Source of the DNA: Candidatus Bathyarchaeota archaeon
Lineage (GTDB): Archaea; Thermoproteota; Bathyarchaeia; Bathyarchaeales; Bathyarchaeaceae
NCBI GenBank assembly: GCA_963772765.1
Contig: CAVYYP010000013.1
Coordinates: 560,308 to 624,307 of the forward strand
Length of the DNA stretch: 64,000 nt
Direction: 5' to 3'
In this document: positions 53,997 to 63,817 of the stretch, piece by piece
Numbering within the stretch: the stretch's first letter is position 1
Layout: every line of letters starts with the position of its first letter
Program-made: the position numbers and the translations under genes
The notes under the pieces: model-generated
Database searches by the model: none
What the model was told of the DNA's origin: nothing
Seen by the model: the letters and a program-made list of their open reading frames with translations, nothing else

Positions 53997-55973
53997 TTAT
54001 TCGCTTCCGTTGTTTTCTTGGTGGTTTATGAAATGAGGTAAGTCCAAGACCGGAATCACTCGACCGTTTCCGAGAATCGTGAAGCCGCTGTAACCTTTGA
54101 CGTTTATCATTGTTTCCGCCAACGGTTTTATCATTATTTCTTGCTGGTCAATAACAAAGTCTATAGCAAGTCCAACCTTTTTGTCCTCGTTGTTTCCGTG
54201 AGTTACTAATACTTCAAGATGTTCGGGTTCATCTGTTCCTTCCAGGCTGATCAGTTCATGCAGGTGTATGAGCGGCAGTACGCGTCCACGGACAAATTGC
54301 CCTGAATCCTCCCAGAGCCTTAATATTTTCCTTGTTGACACGAACAATCTCTGAAACCATGCTTGTTGGAATCGCAAACGTCTGATATTCCTTAACAAGA
54401 AGAGACGTAACAATCGCTAATGTGAGTGGCAATCTAAGGCTAATCTTTGTGCCCAACCCAACCTGAGTGTCCATATTCACTGTGCCCCCAAGAGCGGCTG
54501 TCTTCGTCTTTACCACATCCATTCCCACGCCCCTGCCACTAGTCTCTGTGATTGACTTTGAAGTGGACATTCCAGGCAGAAAAATCGGTTTGTGAGCTGT
54601 TCTTTGCTCATCTTTTCTGCTTCAGCTTCTGATAAGAAGCCTTTTTTCATTGCAGATTGTTTGACTTTTTCTGGATCAATACCTGTGCCATCATCTGAAA
54701 CTTCAATGACAACATGTTCGCCTTCACGTTTTGCAACAAGATTTATTGTTCCTGTAGGGTCTTTGCCAGACTCTTTTCGTTCTTGGGGCAGTTCTATTCC
54801 ATGGTCAACGCTGTTTCTGATTATATGTATAAGCGGCTGACCGATTTCATCCAATACTGTTCGGTCAACTTCTATTTCTCTTCCTTTAACTACCATGTTG
54901 ATTTTTTTTCCATTCTTTCTTGCCAAATCTCTTACAAGTCTAGGAAACCTATCAAAAACCTGACTAACAGGAACCATTCTGATCTGCATAGCCAAGTCCT
55001 GAAGGTCTGTTGTGAGCCTGTCAATATTCCTTGTTAAACGTCTTAAAGCATCATTTTTTGTCACAGAAGTGGTCTGGAGCAACGCAATCTTGTTTATCAC
55101 AAGTTCTCCAGTCAAATTCATCAATTCATCTAGCTGCTCAAAATGAACTCTAACAGTTTGAGACGTTCGAGCATCAACCGCAGGCTTTGACTCCTTTGCA
55201 GTCTTGACTTTTTGTATATCCTTCTTGTCATTAGATTCCAAGTCAAACGTTTCAACCTGAACTTTTTCTATTTCACAAACCGAACTTGTACAACCCTCTA
55301 TCTCTTTTACATCTAACTTTGTTACAAAAATAATCTTGAAATCTGCACTTTTCTCAATCTCTTCACTCTGCACTTTCGGGCTTGTTTTAGCTATCTTCCC
55401 TTTCTTCTCCAGATTTTCTACAACCATATTCGCTCTTAACTGCTTGAAAGCACAGTCTTCACTAAACTTGGCAACAACAAGAAAACAGTTTTTTCCCGAC
55501 TTTATGGCTTTTTTGATTTTTTGTTTTTCTTTTTCGCTAAGACTTGGTGTGTTTGTTTGTTTTTGTGTGGTCTCTGATGTTGTTTTTGGGTCTGTGTTTT
55601 GTGTTTTTTTGGAAAACCCGTGTAGCCTTTGGATGAATTGTGTGGTTTCGATTTGTTCATCTATGCCGTTTTGTATGTTTTCTATTCTGCCTGTGAGGGC
55701 GTCGATGCATTCGAGTTGGACGTCGATTAAGTCGCTTGTGACTTGGCCGCCTTTTCGTAAGCCATCAAATACGTCCTCCATTGCGTGAGAGAGGTCTGAG
55801 AGGTCTTTGAATCCCATCATTCCTGATGAGCCTTTGAGTGTGTGGGCTGATCTAAAGATGTTGTTTAGTGCGTCTGTGTTGTTTGGTTCTTTTTCTAAAA
55901 TCAGGAGGGATTGGGTCAATGTTTCTATGTGCTCTAGGGCTTCTTCTATGAATGCTTCTTTGTATTGTTCCAT
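53997..55973 (-). pseudogene. cheA: Chemotaxis histidine kinase CheA; split over three frames as sequenced
   Basis: Hpt (FRSAHTLKGSSGMMGF), dimerisation, and HATPase (HIIRNSVDHGIE, DDGTGID) domains. After ..KEQLTN the frame shifts to FLPGMSTSKSITETSGRGVGMDVV, at or next to the A5 run 54580-54584. After ..NKENIKAL it shifts again to EDSGQFVRGRVLPLIHLHEL (CheW-like domain), at ccc 54311-54313. ATG 55973. Confidence 0.85.
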
Positions 55974-55988
55974 ATCCAAAGACAATCT

Positions 55989-56264
55989 TTACACTTCCAT
56001 GGAGTCACTTGCCGTTATTACTGCGCGTAGTGTATTGCACTTGTTTTGCTTCCAAGAAATTATGTGTCCATGTGCGTCAATACATGCTACATATGTAGTG
56101 AGCAATTTTTTTGATCCTGGATACTTTTTTTGTTTTTGGATTTCTTTGTTTGAGTGTAGAGCTTGATTTTTTCTATTGATGCAAAAGTTGTAGTTTTCTT
56201 TTGAGGTGTTAAACCTCAAAACCAATATTGAATCATGCGACATAATATACTTATTTAGGCGCAT
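55989..56264 (-). CDS. Hypothetical ORF at the head of the che operon
   Basis: 91 aa, ending 15 nt before the cheA start. Lys-rich. YVACIDAHGHIISWKQN is faintly PAS-like. It may not be a real gene. Confidence 0.25.
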   Translation of the reverse strand: MRLNKYIMSHDSILVLRFNTSKENYNFCINRKNQALHSNKEIQKQKKYPGSKKLLTTYVACIDAHGHIISWKQNKCNTLRAVITASDSMEV

Positions 56265-56456
56265 CTATGTAATGGTTATACGAAAAGTGGGTGGTTAGTA
56301 AATGCCTCAAATTAGATACAGAGTTGAAGCGAAACAAAACAGAAGTGACGGTCTTCTGCAGGAAACTCAACTTTGTAAAATTATCTCCCTCATTTTATCT
56401 CCCTCTCCACCCACTTCCCAAAAAAACCCAAATTACCTAAGGAGGTGGGAAGTATA
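56265..56456. promoter_or_regulatory. Divergent control region between the che operon and the filament locus
   Basis: 192 nt separate two divergent gene sets. Direct repeat ttatctccct x2 (56381-56390, 56395-56404). Inverted pair aagtgggtgg (56291-56300) / ccacccactt (56408-56417). Strong SD ggaggtg at 56441-56447. Confidence 0.4.
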
Positions 56457-57035
56457 ATGAGAAGAATACTGAAAAATCGTTTAGCTTTGAGCACAGTAGT
56501 TACAACGCTGATCATCCTGGTAATCTCAGTACTGCTCGCGGGTGTCGTTTCATACTTTGCTATCAACGTCACCAGCACACGAGTACAAGAAGAATCAGTA
56601 CACATCACAAAACATCACGTATGGCACAGTGGATCAAACAGGGCACTTGCCAGTTTGATGATCATCAACACTGGTGGTAGGGACCTAGTTATCGACAAGA
56701 TAAGCGTCCGTGGACAGGAATGTGACTGGAACTCTACAACAAATGATAAGTTCGTCAACTTCTGCCGAACAACAAACACAATATCCTCAGACTTAGATTA
56801 TGTTGCCAGTTTTGCACGAGATGGTACAAACACTATAGTAGACATAGGTGGTGCTGATTACAACTTTACAGTTGCAGAAGACGATCTGATCCTCAAATCC
56901 GGTTGGACTATGCTAATCTACATCGAAAATCCAGACAGCATCTCAATCAACGACATCGGTTTGACCGTATCTATCGAAATCTTCACTGCTCAAGCAATGT
57001 ATTATAGGGAATCAAACGTCCAAGCAATAACATAA
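56457..57035 (+). CDS. Type IV pilin/archaellin-like filament subunit 1 (class III signal peptide-like N-terminus)
   Basis: 192 aa from ATG 56457. MRRILKNRLALSTVVTTLIILVISVLLAGVVSYFAINV is a basic stretch followed by a long hydrophobic helix. The remainder is Ser/Thr/Asn-rich and looks like a beta-rich domain. Confidence 0.7.
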   Translation: MRRILKNRLALSTVVTTLIILVISVLLAGVVSYFAINVTSTRVQEESVHITKHHVWHSGSNRALASLMIINTGGRDLVIDKISVRGQECDWNSTTNDKFVNFCRTTNTISSDLDYVASFARDGTNTIVDIGGADYNFTVAEDDLILKSGWTMLIYIENPDSISINDIGLTVSIEIFTAQAMYYRESNVQAIT

Positions 57036-57044
57036 CCTTTCCCC

Positions 57045-57072
57045 TTCCTTTTTTCTGGGGAACCATTTTTTC
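57045..57072 (+). terminator. Oligo-T tracts after filament subunit 1 (archaeal-type terminator)
   Basis: T6 at 57049-57054 and T6 at 57066-57071, within 40 nt of the stop. Confidence 0.4.
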
Positions 57073-57164
57073 TATTTTATTTTCAGTCATACAAAGGTGT
57101 AGTTTTTTGTTACGCACAAATGGTCATATCATTTTTTGACGTAGCACGTTTTTGGAGATAAAAA

Positions 57165-57714
57165 ATGAGGGACTTACGAAGAAACCGTTTGGCTTTGAGC
57201 ACAGTAGTTACAACGCTGATCATACTAGTAGTTTCAGGTACTGCTCGCGGGTGTTGTTTCATACTTTGCTATCAACGTCACCAGCACACGAGTACAAGAA
57301 GAGGCAGTTCACATAGCAAAGCAGCACGTATGGCACAATGGCACTTCCCAAGCACAATCAGCATTCTTAATGATCAACACTGGCGGTAGAGACCTAGTCA
57401 TCGACAAGATAAGTGTCCGAGGACAGGAATCAGACTGGAGCACAGTATTTTACAACGTAACAGATACATCCATTTCAGCTGACTTGCCATACAATGCAAC
57501 ACTGGAAGATGGAGGAGAAATCACAATAGGCACTCCATTCACTTTCACCGAAGCTACAGATGATATCACAGTTCGATCAGGATACAGCATTATAATATAC
57601 ATCCTGAACCCAGACAGCATCTCAGTGAACGACATCGGCCTAACCGTCGGCATGACCGTTCACACATCGCAGGCAATGTACTACAAAGAAACCAACGTCG
57701 AAGCCACAGAATAA
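57165..57714 (+). pseudogene. Type IV pilin/archaellin-like filament subunit 2; one frameshift as sequenced
   Basis: MRDLRRNRLALSTVVTTLIILVVS then goes out of frame. Subunit 1 has tctcagtactgctcgcgggtg where subunit 2 has tttcaggtactgctcgcgggtg. Subunit 2 therefore carries an extra g at 57237-57238. Removing it joins to ..VLLAGVVSYFAINVTSTRVQEEAVHIAKQHVWH...MINTGGRDLVIDKISVRGQE. Confidence 0.7.
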
Positions 57715-57872
57715 ACTCGTCCTATTGGATGGCAACATCCAATCTCCCTTTTCTTTTTTTGATTTTGATATCGAATATGTAGTTAGAATCTACGTACAAA
57801 CCATCTTATCCCTTCACGCAAAAACATTGTTTCTTCAAGAAGTATACGGCAAACAGGAGAAAACCCTAGAGA

Positions 57873-58766
57873 ATGACCCACCTAAACCAGAACACTTCCA
57901 ATAAGCAAAAGATGGGATGGAACCAACAAATGATAACAAAACATCTTAGACAACGAACCAAAAAGTTCCGCGTGTCAAAGAAGGCTCTAGCACTTCCAAT
58001 AACCTTTCTTATGCTGTTCGCTTCCCTGTTTATAGTAATCTCGCTTACTTACTACTTTGCAGTTTCCAAAGTCAACGCTAACAGCCAGATGCTCAAAATC
58101 TCAGCCGCAAAACAGAACATGAACACAGTAGAACAAACAATAGACTACATTCTTTGGCAGCCAGGATCTTCCAAAAACTGCGAATTCAACGACTGCGGCG
58201 GAACACTGATAACAGAACCAACCGCAAACCTGCTGACAATAAACATCACAGACAACACATTCTCAGAGGTTATATTCAATTCATCAATAGGCGGAGTCAC
58301 ATATGAGTTGCCTTACTCACAATCTGCTGACACTGGATTATACCTGAAAGGAACAAGCAAAGTTGTCGAAAACAAAAGCGGCGCAGTAATGCCACAGCTG
58401 TACATAGAAAGTGGCGAAGAACATCCAGAAATTCTTTTGCGGTACCGTCCAATGGTCTCCTCTGTAACTGGAGGAACCGAAAATGACAAGCCCATCAACT
58501 ATGTGCGAATATACGTTGTGAACCTGAATTCCTCACAGAACATTTACCTTATGGGAAAAATTCCCGTAAAAATTTCTTGCGAAAGCACCCAAACAGTGGT
58601 CAGCAGCTATAACTTGTCATATTCTCCTTCAATCTTGACCACTCAGGTAACATTAGATGGACGTGAAGCACAAGTATCATCAGCCCTTTCAAGTAATGCA
58701 AACGGTGCAATAATCAACGTAGAACTGGTAATCTGTAACGTCCAAATAGAACGGGGGCTACGATAA
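57873..58766 (+). CDS. Pilin-like/ArlG-ArlF-class accessory protein with N-terminal anchor
   Basis: RVSKKALALPITFLMLFASLFIVISL resembles the N-terminus of the two subunits (..RLALSTVV..). There is a ~230-aa extracytoplasmic part. Which in-frame Met is the start is uncertain. Confidence 0.45.
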   Translation: MTHLNQNTSNKQKMGWNQQMITKHLRQRTKKFRVSKKALALPITFLMLFASLFIVISLTYYFAVSKVNANSQMLKISAAKQNMNTVEQTIDYILWQPGSSKNCEFNDCGGTLITEPTANLLTINITDNTFSEVIFNSSIGGVTYELPYSQSADTGLYLKGTSKVVENKSGAVMPQLYIESGEEHPEILLRYRPMVSSVTGGTENDKPINYVRIYVVNLNSSQNIYLMGKIPVKISCESTQTVVSSYNLSYSPSILTTQVTLDGREAQVSSALSSNANGAIINVELVICNVQIERGLR

Positions 58767-58769
58767 ACA

Positions 58770-59222
58770 ATGCCCTCCATAATTCCCAGCTACGTCTACA
58801 CCTTTTTTGCCCTAAGCATAGTAGGCACCCTACTGATTTGCATGTTCAGCGGATTTGCCGTATCCGTGAAACAAGACGTTGAGGTAGAACAGCTCAAAAA
58901 CTTACTCGAACACGTGGCTGCAGAAAGCTGCGAGATCATCTCAACAACCCAGACCAACAACTCAACAGTAACAATCAGAGTCCAAATGCCTACGCGGCTT
59001 GGAGAAAAACAGTACTGGATACAATTCAGAAACGACACCGCACACGCCTGGGTTGAAGGCGGATTAGGCGCTGTCCCAGTCGAAACTAGCCTAGTAATAT
59101 ATGTGCCCGGACTGGTAGCCGCTTCTGGGCTATATCATAGTGGTTACGGTTTTGCAGAACTAGAATGCCAGCTGCAGGGAACCACAGTTTGTTTGAACTT
59201 ATCGGAGGCTTCATCATCATGA
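58770..59222 (+). CDS. Small N-terminally anchored accessory protein (ArlF/ArlG-class candidate)
   Basis: 150 aa. MPSIIPSYVYTFFALSIVGTLLICMF helix. ATGA overlap with the ATPase start. Confidence 0.4.
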   Translation: MPSIIPSYVYTFFALSIVGTLLICMFSGFAVSVKQDVEVEQLKNLLEHVAAESCEIISTTQTNNSTVTIRVQMPTRLGEKQYWIQFRNDTAHAWVEGGLGAVPVETSLVIYVPGLVAASGLYHSGYGFAELECQLQGTTVCLNLSEASSS

Positions 59223-60820
59223 AAGCTGGAAAAAAGAAGAACAAAAAGAACAAAAAACAAGTAGAAATGATATCTGCAGAAGACCTGATGGGCGACCTGA
59301 AACTTCTTCGAGCAGGAACCCCTGAAGGTTACATTGAGTTGGAATCTTATCCGCTTAATCCGCCCTTTGCGTATGCTTCTATTGTTCAAAGCAAAGAGAC
59401 AGCAGAGTATCTTTACATAGTTGACGAGTTGCCTCTGACAAAAGAGGAGCGGGAATCCTTCAAACGGCTGAAAAACGTTTTGGGTTACGAACTAAAAGCT
59501 CCAGAAGCAGAGGAGACACTGGTTGAATCATTCAGCAAACAGGTTCCTGAAATACTGAAAAAGAACCAGAAAACGCTCGGAGGCATATCCGATATTGGTT
59601 TCCGTAAAATCAACTACTACCTTGAACGAGACATGGTAGGCTACGGAAAAATTGACGCCTTCATGCACGACCTACATGTAGAAGATATCAGCTGCACTGG
59701 AGTTAACAAACCAATCTACCTGTGGCACAGAAAATACGAGAACATCAAAACCAACGTCATCTATCCAGAAGGTGAAGAACTTGACGACTTTGTAATGAAA
59801 ATAGTCCACAGGGCAGGAAAACACGTCAGCATCGCATACCCAATTGTTGACTTGACACTTCCAAACAAGCACCGCTTAGCCGTTACTTTCGGCAAGGAAA
59901 CAACTCCAGCAGGAACAAGCTTTACCATACGAAAATTCAGGGAAGACCCTCTAACGATTATTGATTTGATAGAAAACGAAACAATCGACGAAACAATAGC
60001 CGCATATGTCTGGCTTCTGATGGACAACAAAATGTCAGTAATGATCGCCGGAGCCACAGGAGCAGGAAAAACAACTGCACTAAACGCCATCGCATGCCTC
60101 ACAAACCCCGAATACAAAATGATATCAATCGAAGAAGTTGCAGAAATCAACCTAACTCACGAAAACTGGACCTCAACTATTGCACGACCAGGATTCGGGT
60201 CTGAAAGACAAGGTGAAATCACACTTTATGACCTTATCAAGTCTGCTGTTAGGCACCGTCCAGACATGATACTGGTAGGAGAAATTAGGGGAGAAGAGGC
60301 ATATGTGCTGTTTCAGGCGCTGGCAACAGGACACGGCGGCTTATGTACTACACACGCCGACGACATAGAAACAACACTCAAACGTCTAACCCAGCCACCC
60401 ATGAACATACCGCCTTCAATACTGCCACTAATGAACTGCATGATAATCGCAAAACGCGTAACCGCTCCATCCTTCCTTGATGATCCCACTCGCAGATTTG
60501 CAAGCCGAAAATTTTCCAGAATTGCAGAAATAAAGGATGCAGACACGGTTCATGATGCCTTTAGGTGGAACCCTTCCTTGGATTCGTTCCAGAACAATCT
60601 TGAAGGAAGCTACCTGTTGTCCCGAATATCAAAGGACCTGGATGTTCCCATTGAAACATTGTATGATGAGCTGGAAAGACGCAAACAAATCTTGTTAGCA
60701 ATGGTTGAACGAGGCATACGTGACTTCAGAAGCGTTAGCACTGTCCTAAGCCGCTACCAGAAGCATCCACGCCAAGTTCTAGAAGAATTCGTTGAACAGG
60801 ACGCAGGATGGTTAACCTAA
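59219..60820 (+). CDS. Type IV filament assembly ATPase (ArlI/FlaI - PilB/VirB11 family)
   Basis: 533 aa from ATG 59219. Walker A IAGATGAGKTT; Walker B/Asp box PDMILVGEIRGEEA; His box ATGHGGLCTTHA. Confidence 0.85.
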   Translation: MKAGKKKNKKNKKQVEMISAEDLMGDLKLLRAGTPEGYIELESYPLNPPFAYASIVQSKETAEYLYIVDELPLTKEERESFKRLKNVLGYELKAPEAEETLVESFSKQVPEILKKNQKTLGGISDIGFRKINYYLERDMVGYGKIDAFMHDLHVEDISCTGVNKPIYLWHRKYENIKTNVIYPEGEELDDFVMKIVHRAGKHVSIAYPIVDLTLPNKHRLAVTFGKETTPAGTSFTIRKFREDPLTIIDLIENETIDETIAAYVWLLMDNKMSVMIAGATGAGKTTALNAIACLTNPEYKMISIEEVAEINLTHENWTSTIARPGFGSERQGEITLYDLIKSAVRHRPDMILVGEIRGEEAYVLFQALATGHGGLCTTHADDIETTLKRLTQPPMNIPPSILPLMNCMIIAKRVTAPSFLDDPTRRFASRKFSRIAEIKDADTVHDAFRWNPSLDSFQNNLEGSYLLSRISKDLDVPIETLYDELERRKQILLAMVERGIRDFRSVSTVLSRYQKHPRQVLEEFVEQDAGWLT

Positions 60821-62322
60821 AGATGCAGCAGCCTTCACAAGGGTTTATCGGGAATCTAATTGCGAAAATCGCAAAGGGAACAAGCGAAAAGAAAGAAGAA
60901 ATAGACCGCGAACTTCCGTTTGTTGTAATGTTCTTTGCTTTACTATCAGCTAGCGGCGTTTCTCTTTATGATAGCTGGAAAAGAATGCGAAAGCTCACTC
61001 TTCTTCCACGTTTTAAGGAGGAAGCAGATGAAGTTGTCAGACAGGTTGAGGTGCTCGGAAAAGATCCTTTAACTGCTATGTATTCGCGAGCTGAAGAAAC
61101 TGGATCAAAAATGTACCGGGACTTTCTAGGCGGCTTTATTTCTTCAATCAAAAGTGGAGGAAAAGTAAGTGATTATATGAGAAGCAAGCTTCGGACAATA
61201 TTTGAGCTTAGAAACAAGGCAATGGTGCGCTCAACAGAAAAAATAGCTACATTGGTTGAAGGCTATTCCGTCATGCTGATCGTCATTTTGTGTGTGTATA
61301 TATTGTATGCGTTGCTTTCGTCGACAGCTACAATGGAACTGATGACTGGAATGTCCATTCCAACGTCGCCTCTGATCACTTATCTCATCACGTTTGTGAT
61401 GATGCCCATGATTTCCTTTATTTTCATGCTGATCGCACACAACTTACAAAGAAGCACGCTCATCAATTTGAAGCCCCTGTACAAAAAAGCATCAATTTTT
61501 CTAGTTGGCTCAATTGGGCTATTCATGGTTTATCTTTTAGTTCCTTCCCTAGGGGAGCTTATTGAGGCGCCGCTAATGCTAACAATTTGCCTCTCAATAG
61601 GAGTTTTGCCTGGAGCCTTTCAATATTTCAAAATTACAAGAATAAACTACAACGCAGAAGCGTCTCTGCCAAGCTTTCTCAGGGACATTACAGAGTCCCA
61701 AAAAACTGGAATCTCTCCCGAGAAGAGTATTATTCACGCAACAAAACGTAGAGACTACGGGCATTTCTCACAATTTTTAGGTCTTGTCCGCAGCCAAATC
61801 GAGTGGGGAGTGTCCCTGAAAGACATATTTGACAACTTCAAACAAAAAATCAGCAGCTGGCTAGTTCTTGTAAATTTCATGATGATGGTAGAAACCATCG
61901 AAGTCGGCGGTGGACAGGTGCGTGCATTGGAAATTCTTTCCGAGTACAGCGAAAAAGAGTTTGAGTCACAGGTTAACATGCGGGCGTTGCTTAAACCGTA
62001 TGTTATTCTTGCATTTGTCTGGAGTGTACTCATTGCATTGACGACAACAATTGTAACAATGACCATGTATATTTTGACACAGTTTTCAACCCCATCTCTC
62101 TTTGCGACTATGTCTGTTGAACTTGCGGGACAAATCGGAGTCTTTTCTTTGGGAATAATTTTCCAGTGCTGGATTTCAGGATTCTTTATCGGAAAAATCA
62201 GTGAAGGAAACTTTGCTGCAGGTCTAAAATATGCGGCTCTATTGGCTGTTACTGCATATGTGTCGCTTATCCTTTCACAGAACTTTATGGTCGGAATCTT
62301 TGGAGTAGCACCCCCAAGCTAA
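60808..62322 (+). CDS. Polytopic platform protein (ArlJ/FlaJ - PilC/TadC family)
   Basis: 504 aa. Two repeats of a cytoplasmic domain plus hydrophobic helices. It overlaps the ATPase stop by 13 nt. Confidence 0.8.
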   Translation: MVNLKMQQPSQGFIGNLIAKIAKGTSEKKEEIDRELPFVVMFFALLSASGVSLYDSWKRMRKLTLLPRFKEEADEVVRQVEVLGKDPLTAMYSRAEETGSKMYRDFLGGFISSIKSGGKVSDYMRSKLRTIFELRNKAMVRSTEKIATLVEGYSVMLIVILCVYILYALLSSTATMELMTGMSIPTSPLITYLITFVMMPMISFIFMLIAHNLQRSTLINLKPLYKKASIFLVGSIGLFMVYLLVPSLGELIEAPLMLTICLSIGVLPGAFQYFKITRINYNAEASLPSFLRDITESQKTGISPEKSIIHATKRRDYGHFSQFLGLVRSQIEWGVSLKDIFDNFKQKISSWLVLVNFMMMVETIEVGGGQVRALEILSEYSEKEFESQVNMRALLKPYVILAFVWSVLIALTTTIVTMTMYILTQFSTPSLFATMSVELAGQIGVFSLGIIFQCWISGFFIGKISEGNFAAGLKYAALLAVTAYVSLILSQNFMVGIFGVAPPS

Positions 62323-62345
62323 AAAAACTGTTAGGTGACGTAAGG

Positions 62346-63392
62346 ATGCCTGCAACTTCGATTGACACATTCTTTGCTTGCACTTTGATTGTCATTGTTG
62401 TAGTTGTATCAATGGCTGCCACAACAAATGTCGCGTTGCCCTACATTACATGCCTAGAAGACCTGAATGAGCCAGAATACCTGAGAAAAATTGCAGAGCA
62501 TACGATAACCAGTTCTGGAAGCCCAGAAAATTGGGGACAAAACCAAAGCCTTACACCTGACATTTTCGGCTTAGCTGAAGACAATTCATTTGGTTACAAA
62601 CTTGATTTGGACAAAGTGTCAAGACTTAACAGCCAAAACGCTTACGCCCTAACATATTTGGACGTTCTGAATACGCTAAGATTAGAAAATGTTGCACTTC
62701 ATTTTTCATTTTCACAGATAATGGACGTGAACATAACCTCTGACTCTAACACTACAGTTGTCGACACCACAACCTACACGTTTAACATTTACGTCACCAG
62801 AAATCAAGCCCCAGTTGCTACCACTTTGAATTATTACATCGTAGCAAACAACTATCTCAACTCATCCAGTTCAAGCACTGCAAACAACGGACAAGGCACC
62901 ATTGATGTGGAAATTCCAAATAGCTCAGCAGGCACAGCCTTACTTGTTGTCTTTGCACGTGCATCATACGACAGCAGAGTAACCGCTCAAGGAACATACT
63001 CTTTCGGTCACCTGTCATTTGAGCCTTCACCAAACAACACCTTCCTTAACCTGACTCCACTAAACTGTACCTTGCAGGTTGACCCGAACAGTTCTGAAGT
63101 GTCCCTGGATTCAGCTTATGCGTTCTCTTACAGCTACGAGACATCCCTATCATCTATATCAAACGAGACCTATACTATTCCAGAGTTTTTGGATTCAAGC
63201 CCGCAAGTGCTAGCTGTAACTGGATGGAACGGCTCAGACTATTTCATAGAATGGACAACATACCCGCAGGTTCCCTTGGAGATAGGCGCCAACTTCGATG
63301 ATGCTACAGAATGCTACTCATTTAACTACATTGTAACGATAGACAGTGTATTGTATCGACTTAACATCAAGTGTGGGGGTCCAAGCCTTTGA
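62346..63392 (+). CDS. N-terminally anchored extracytoplasmic protein, unknown (filament accessory candidate)
   Basis: 348 aa. MPATSIDTFFACTLIVIVVVVSMAATTN helix, then a Ser/Thr/Asn-rich domain with many sequons. Confidence 0.4.
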   Translation: MPATSIDTFFACTLIVIVVVVSMAATTNVALPYITCLEDLNEPEYLRKIAEHTITSSGSPENWGQNQSLTPDIFGLAEDNSFGYKLDLDKVSRLNSQNAYALTYLDVLNTLRLENVALHFSFSQIMDVNITSDSNTTVVDTTTYTFNIYVTRNQAPVATTLNYYIVANNYLNSSSSSTANNGQGTIDVEIPNSSAGTALLVVFARASYDSRVTAQGTYSFGHLSFEPSPNNTFLNLTPLNCTLQVDPNSSEVSLDSAYAFSYSYETSLSSISNETYTIPEFLDSSPQVLAVTGWNGSDYFIEWTTYPQVPLEIGANFDDATECYSFNYIVTIDSVLYRLNIKCGGPSL

Positions 63393-63814
63393 GCTTCAGA
63401 GCCGACAAGCGTGGACAGATACGCATGATAGAAGCCTTCTTTGCATCCCTTCTCATACTGTCAACAGTAGCTCTGATACCATCACAGTTTGGATCTGAAC
63501 AAACACATTACACCAAACACTACTCAGAAGCAACACAAGCCCTAGTCTCGCTTGATACCAACGGACTGCTATCAGGCCTGATAGCAGAAAGTAACTGGGT
63601 GTCACTACAAAACTCAATCCAAACAGCACTGCCCGTAAGCCTATGGTTCAACTTCACAGTCTTCAACGAGGACATGAACATACTAAATGACGTCACAATA
63701 TCTAATGGTGGTCCAGTCAGCGAAGAAGTTGTTGCTGTTAACTATGTTTGTGTGTCCTCAAATGGTAACTATGCTGTATACTTGGTTCGGTTGCAGGTGG
63801 CGGAGGCAAGCTAA
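63389..63814 (+). CDS. Minor pilin-like protein with class III signal peptide
   Basis: TTG 63389 (TTGA overlap with the upstream stop) gives MSFRADKRGQIRMIEAFFASLLILSTVALI. This is a basic n-region, G-Q, then a hydrophobic helix with Glu at +5 if cleaved after Q. Confidence 0.5.
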   Translation: MSFRADKRGQIRMIEAFFASLLILSTVALIPSQFGSEQTHYTKHYSEATQALVSLDTNGLLSGLIAESNWVSLQNSIQTALPVSLWFNFTVFNEDMNILNDVTISNGGPVSEEVVAVNYVCVSSNGNYAVYLVRLQVAEAS

Positions 63815-63817
63815 CTG

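Noticed and set aside
56411-56453. Possible pairing of acttccca (56413-56420) with tgggaagt (56446-56453) that would sequester the region just after the SD of filament subunit 1.
   Set aside because: It is only 8 bp with a ~25-nt loop in a repeat-rich promoter region, which is too weak to call a regulatory hairpin without conservation data.
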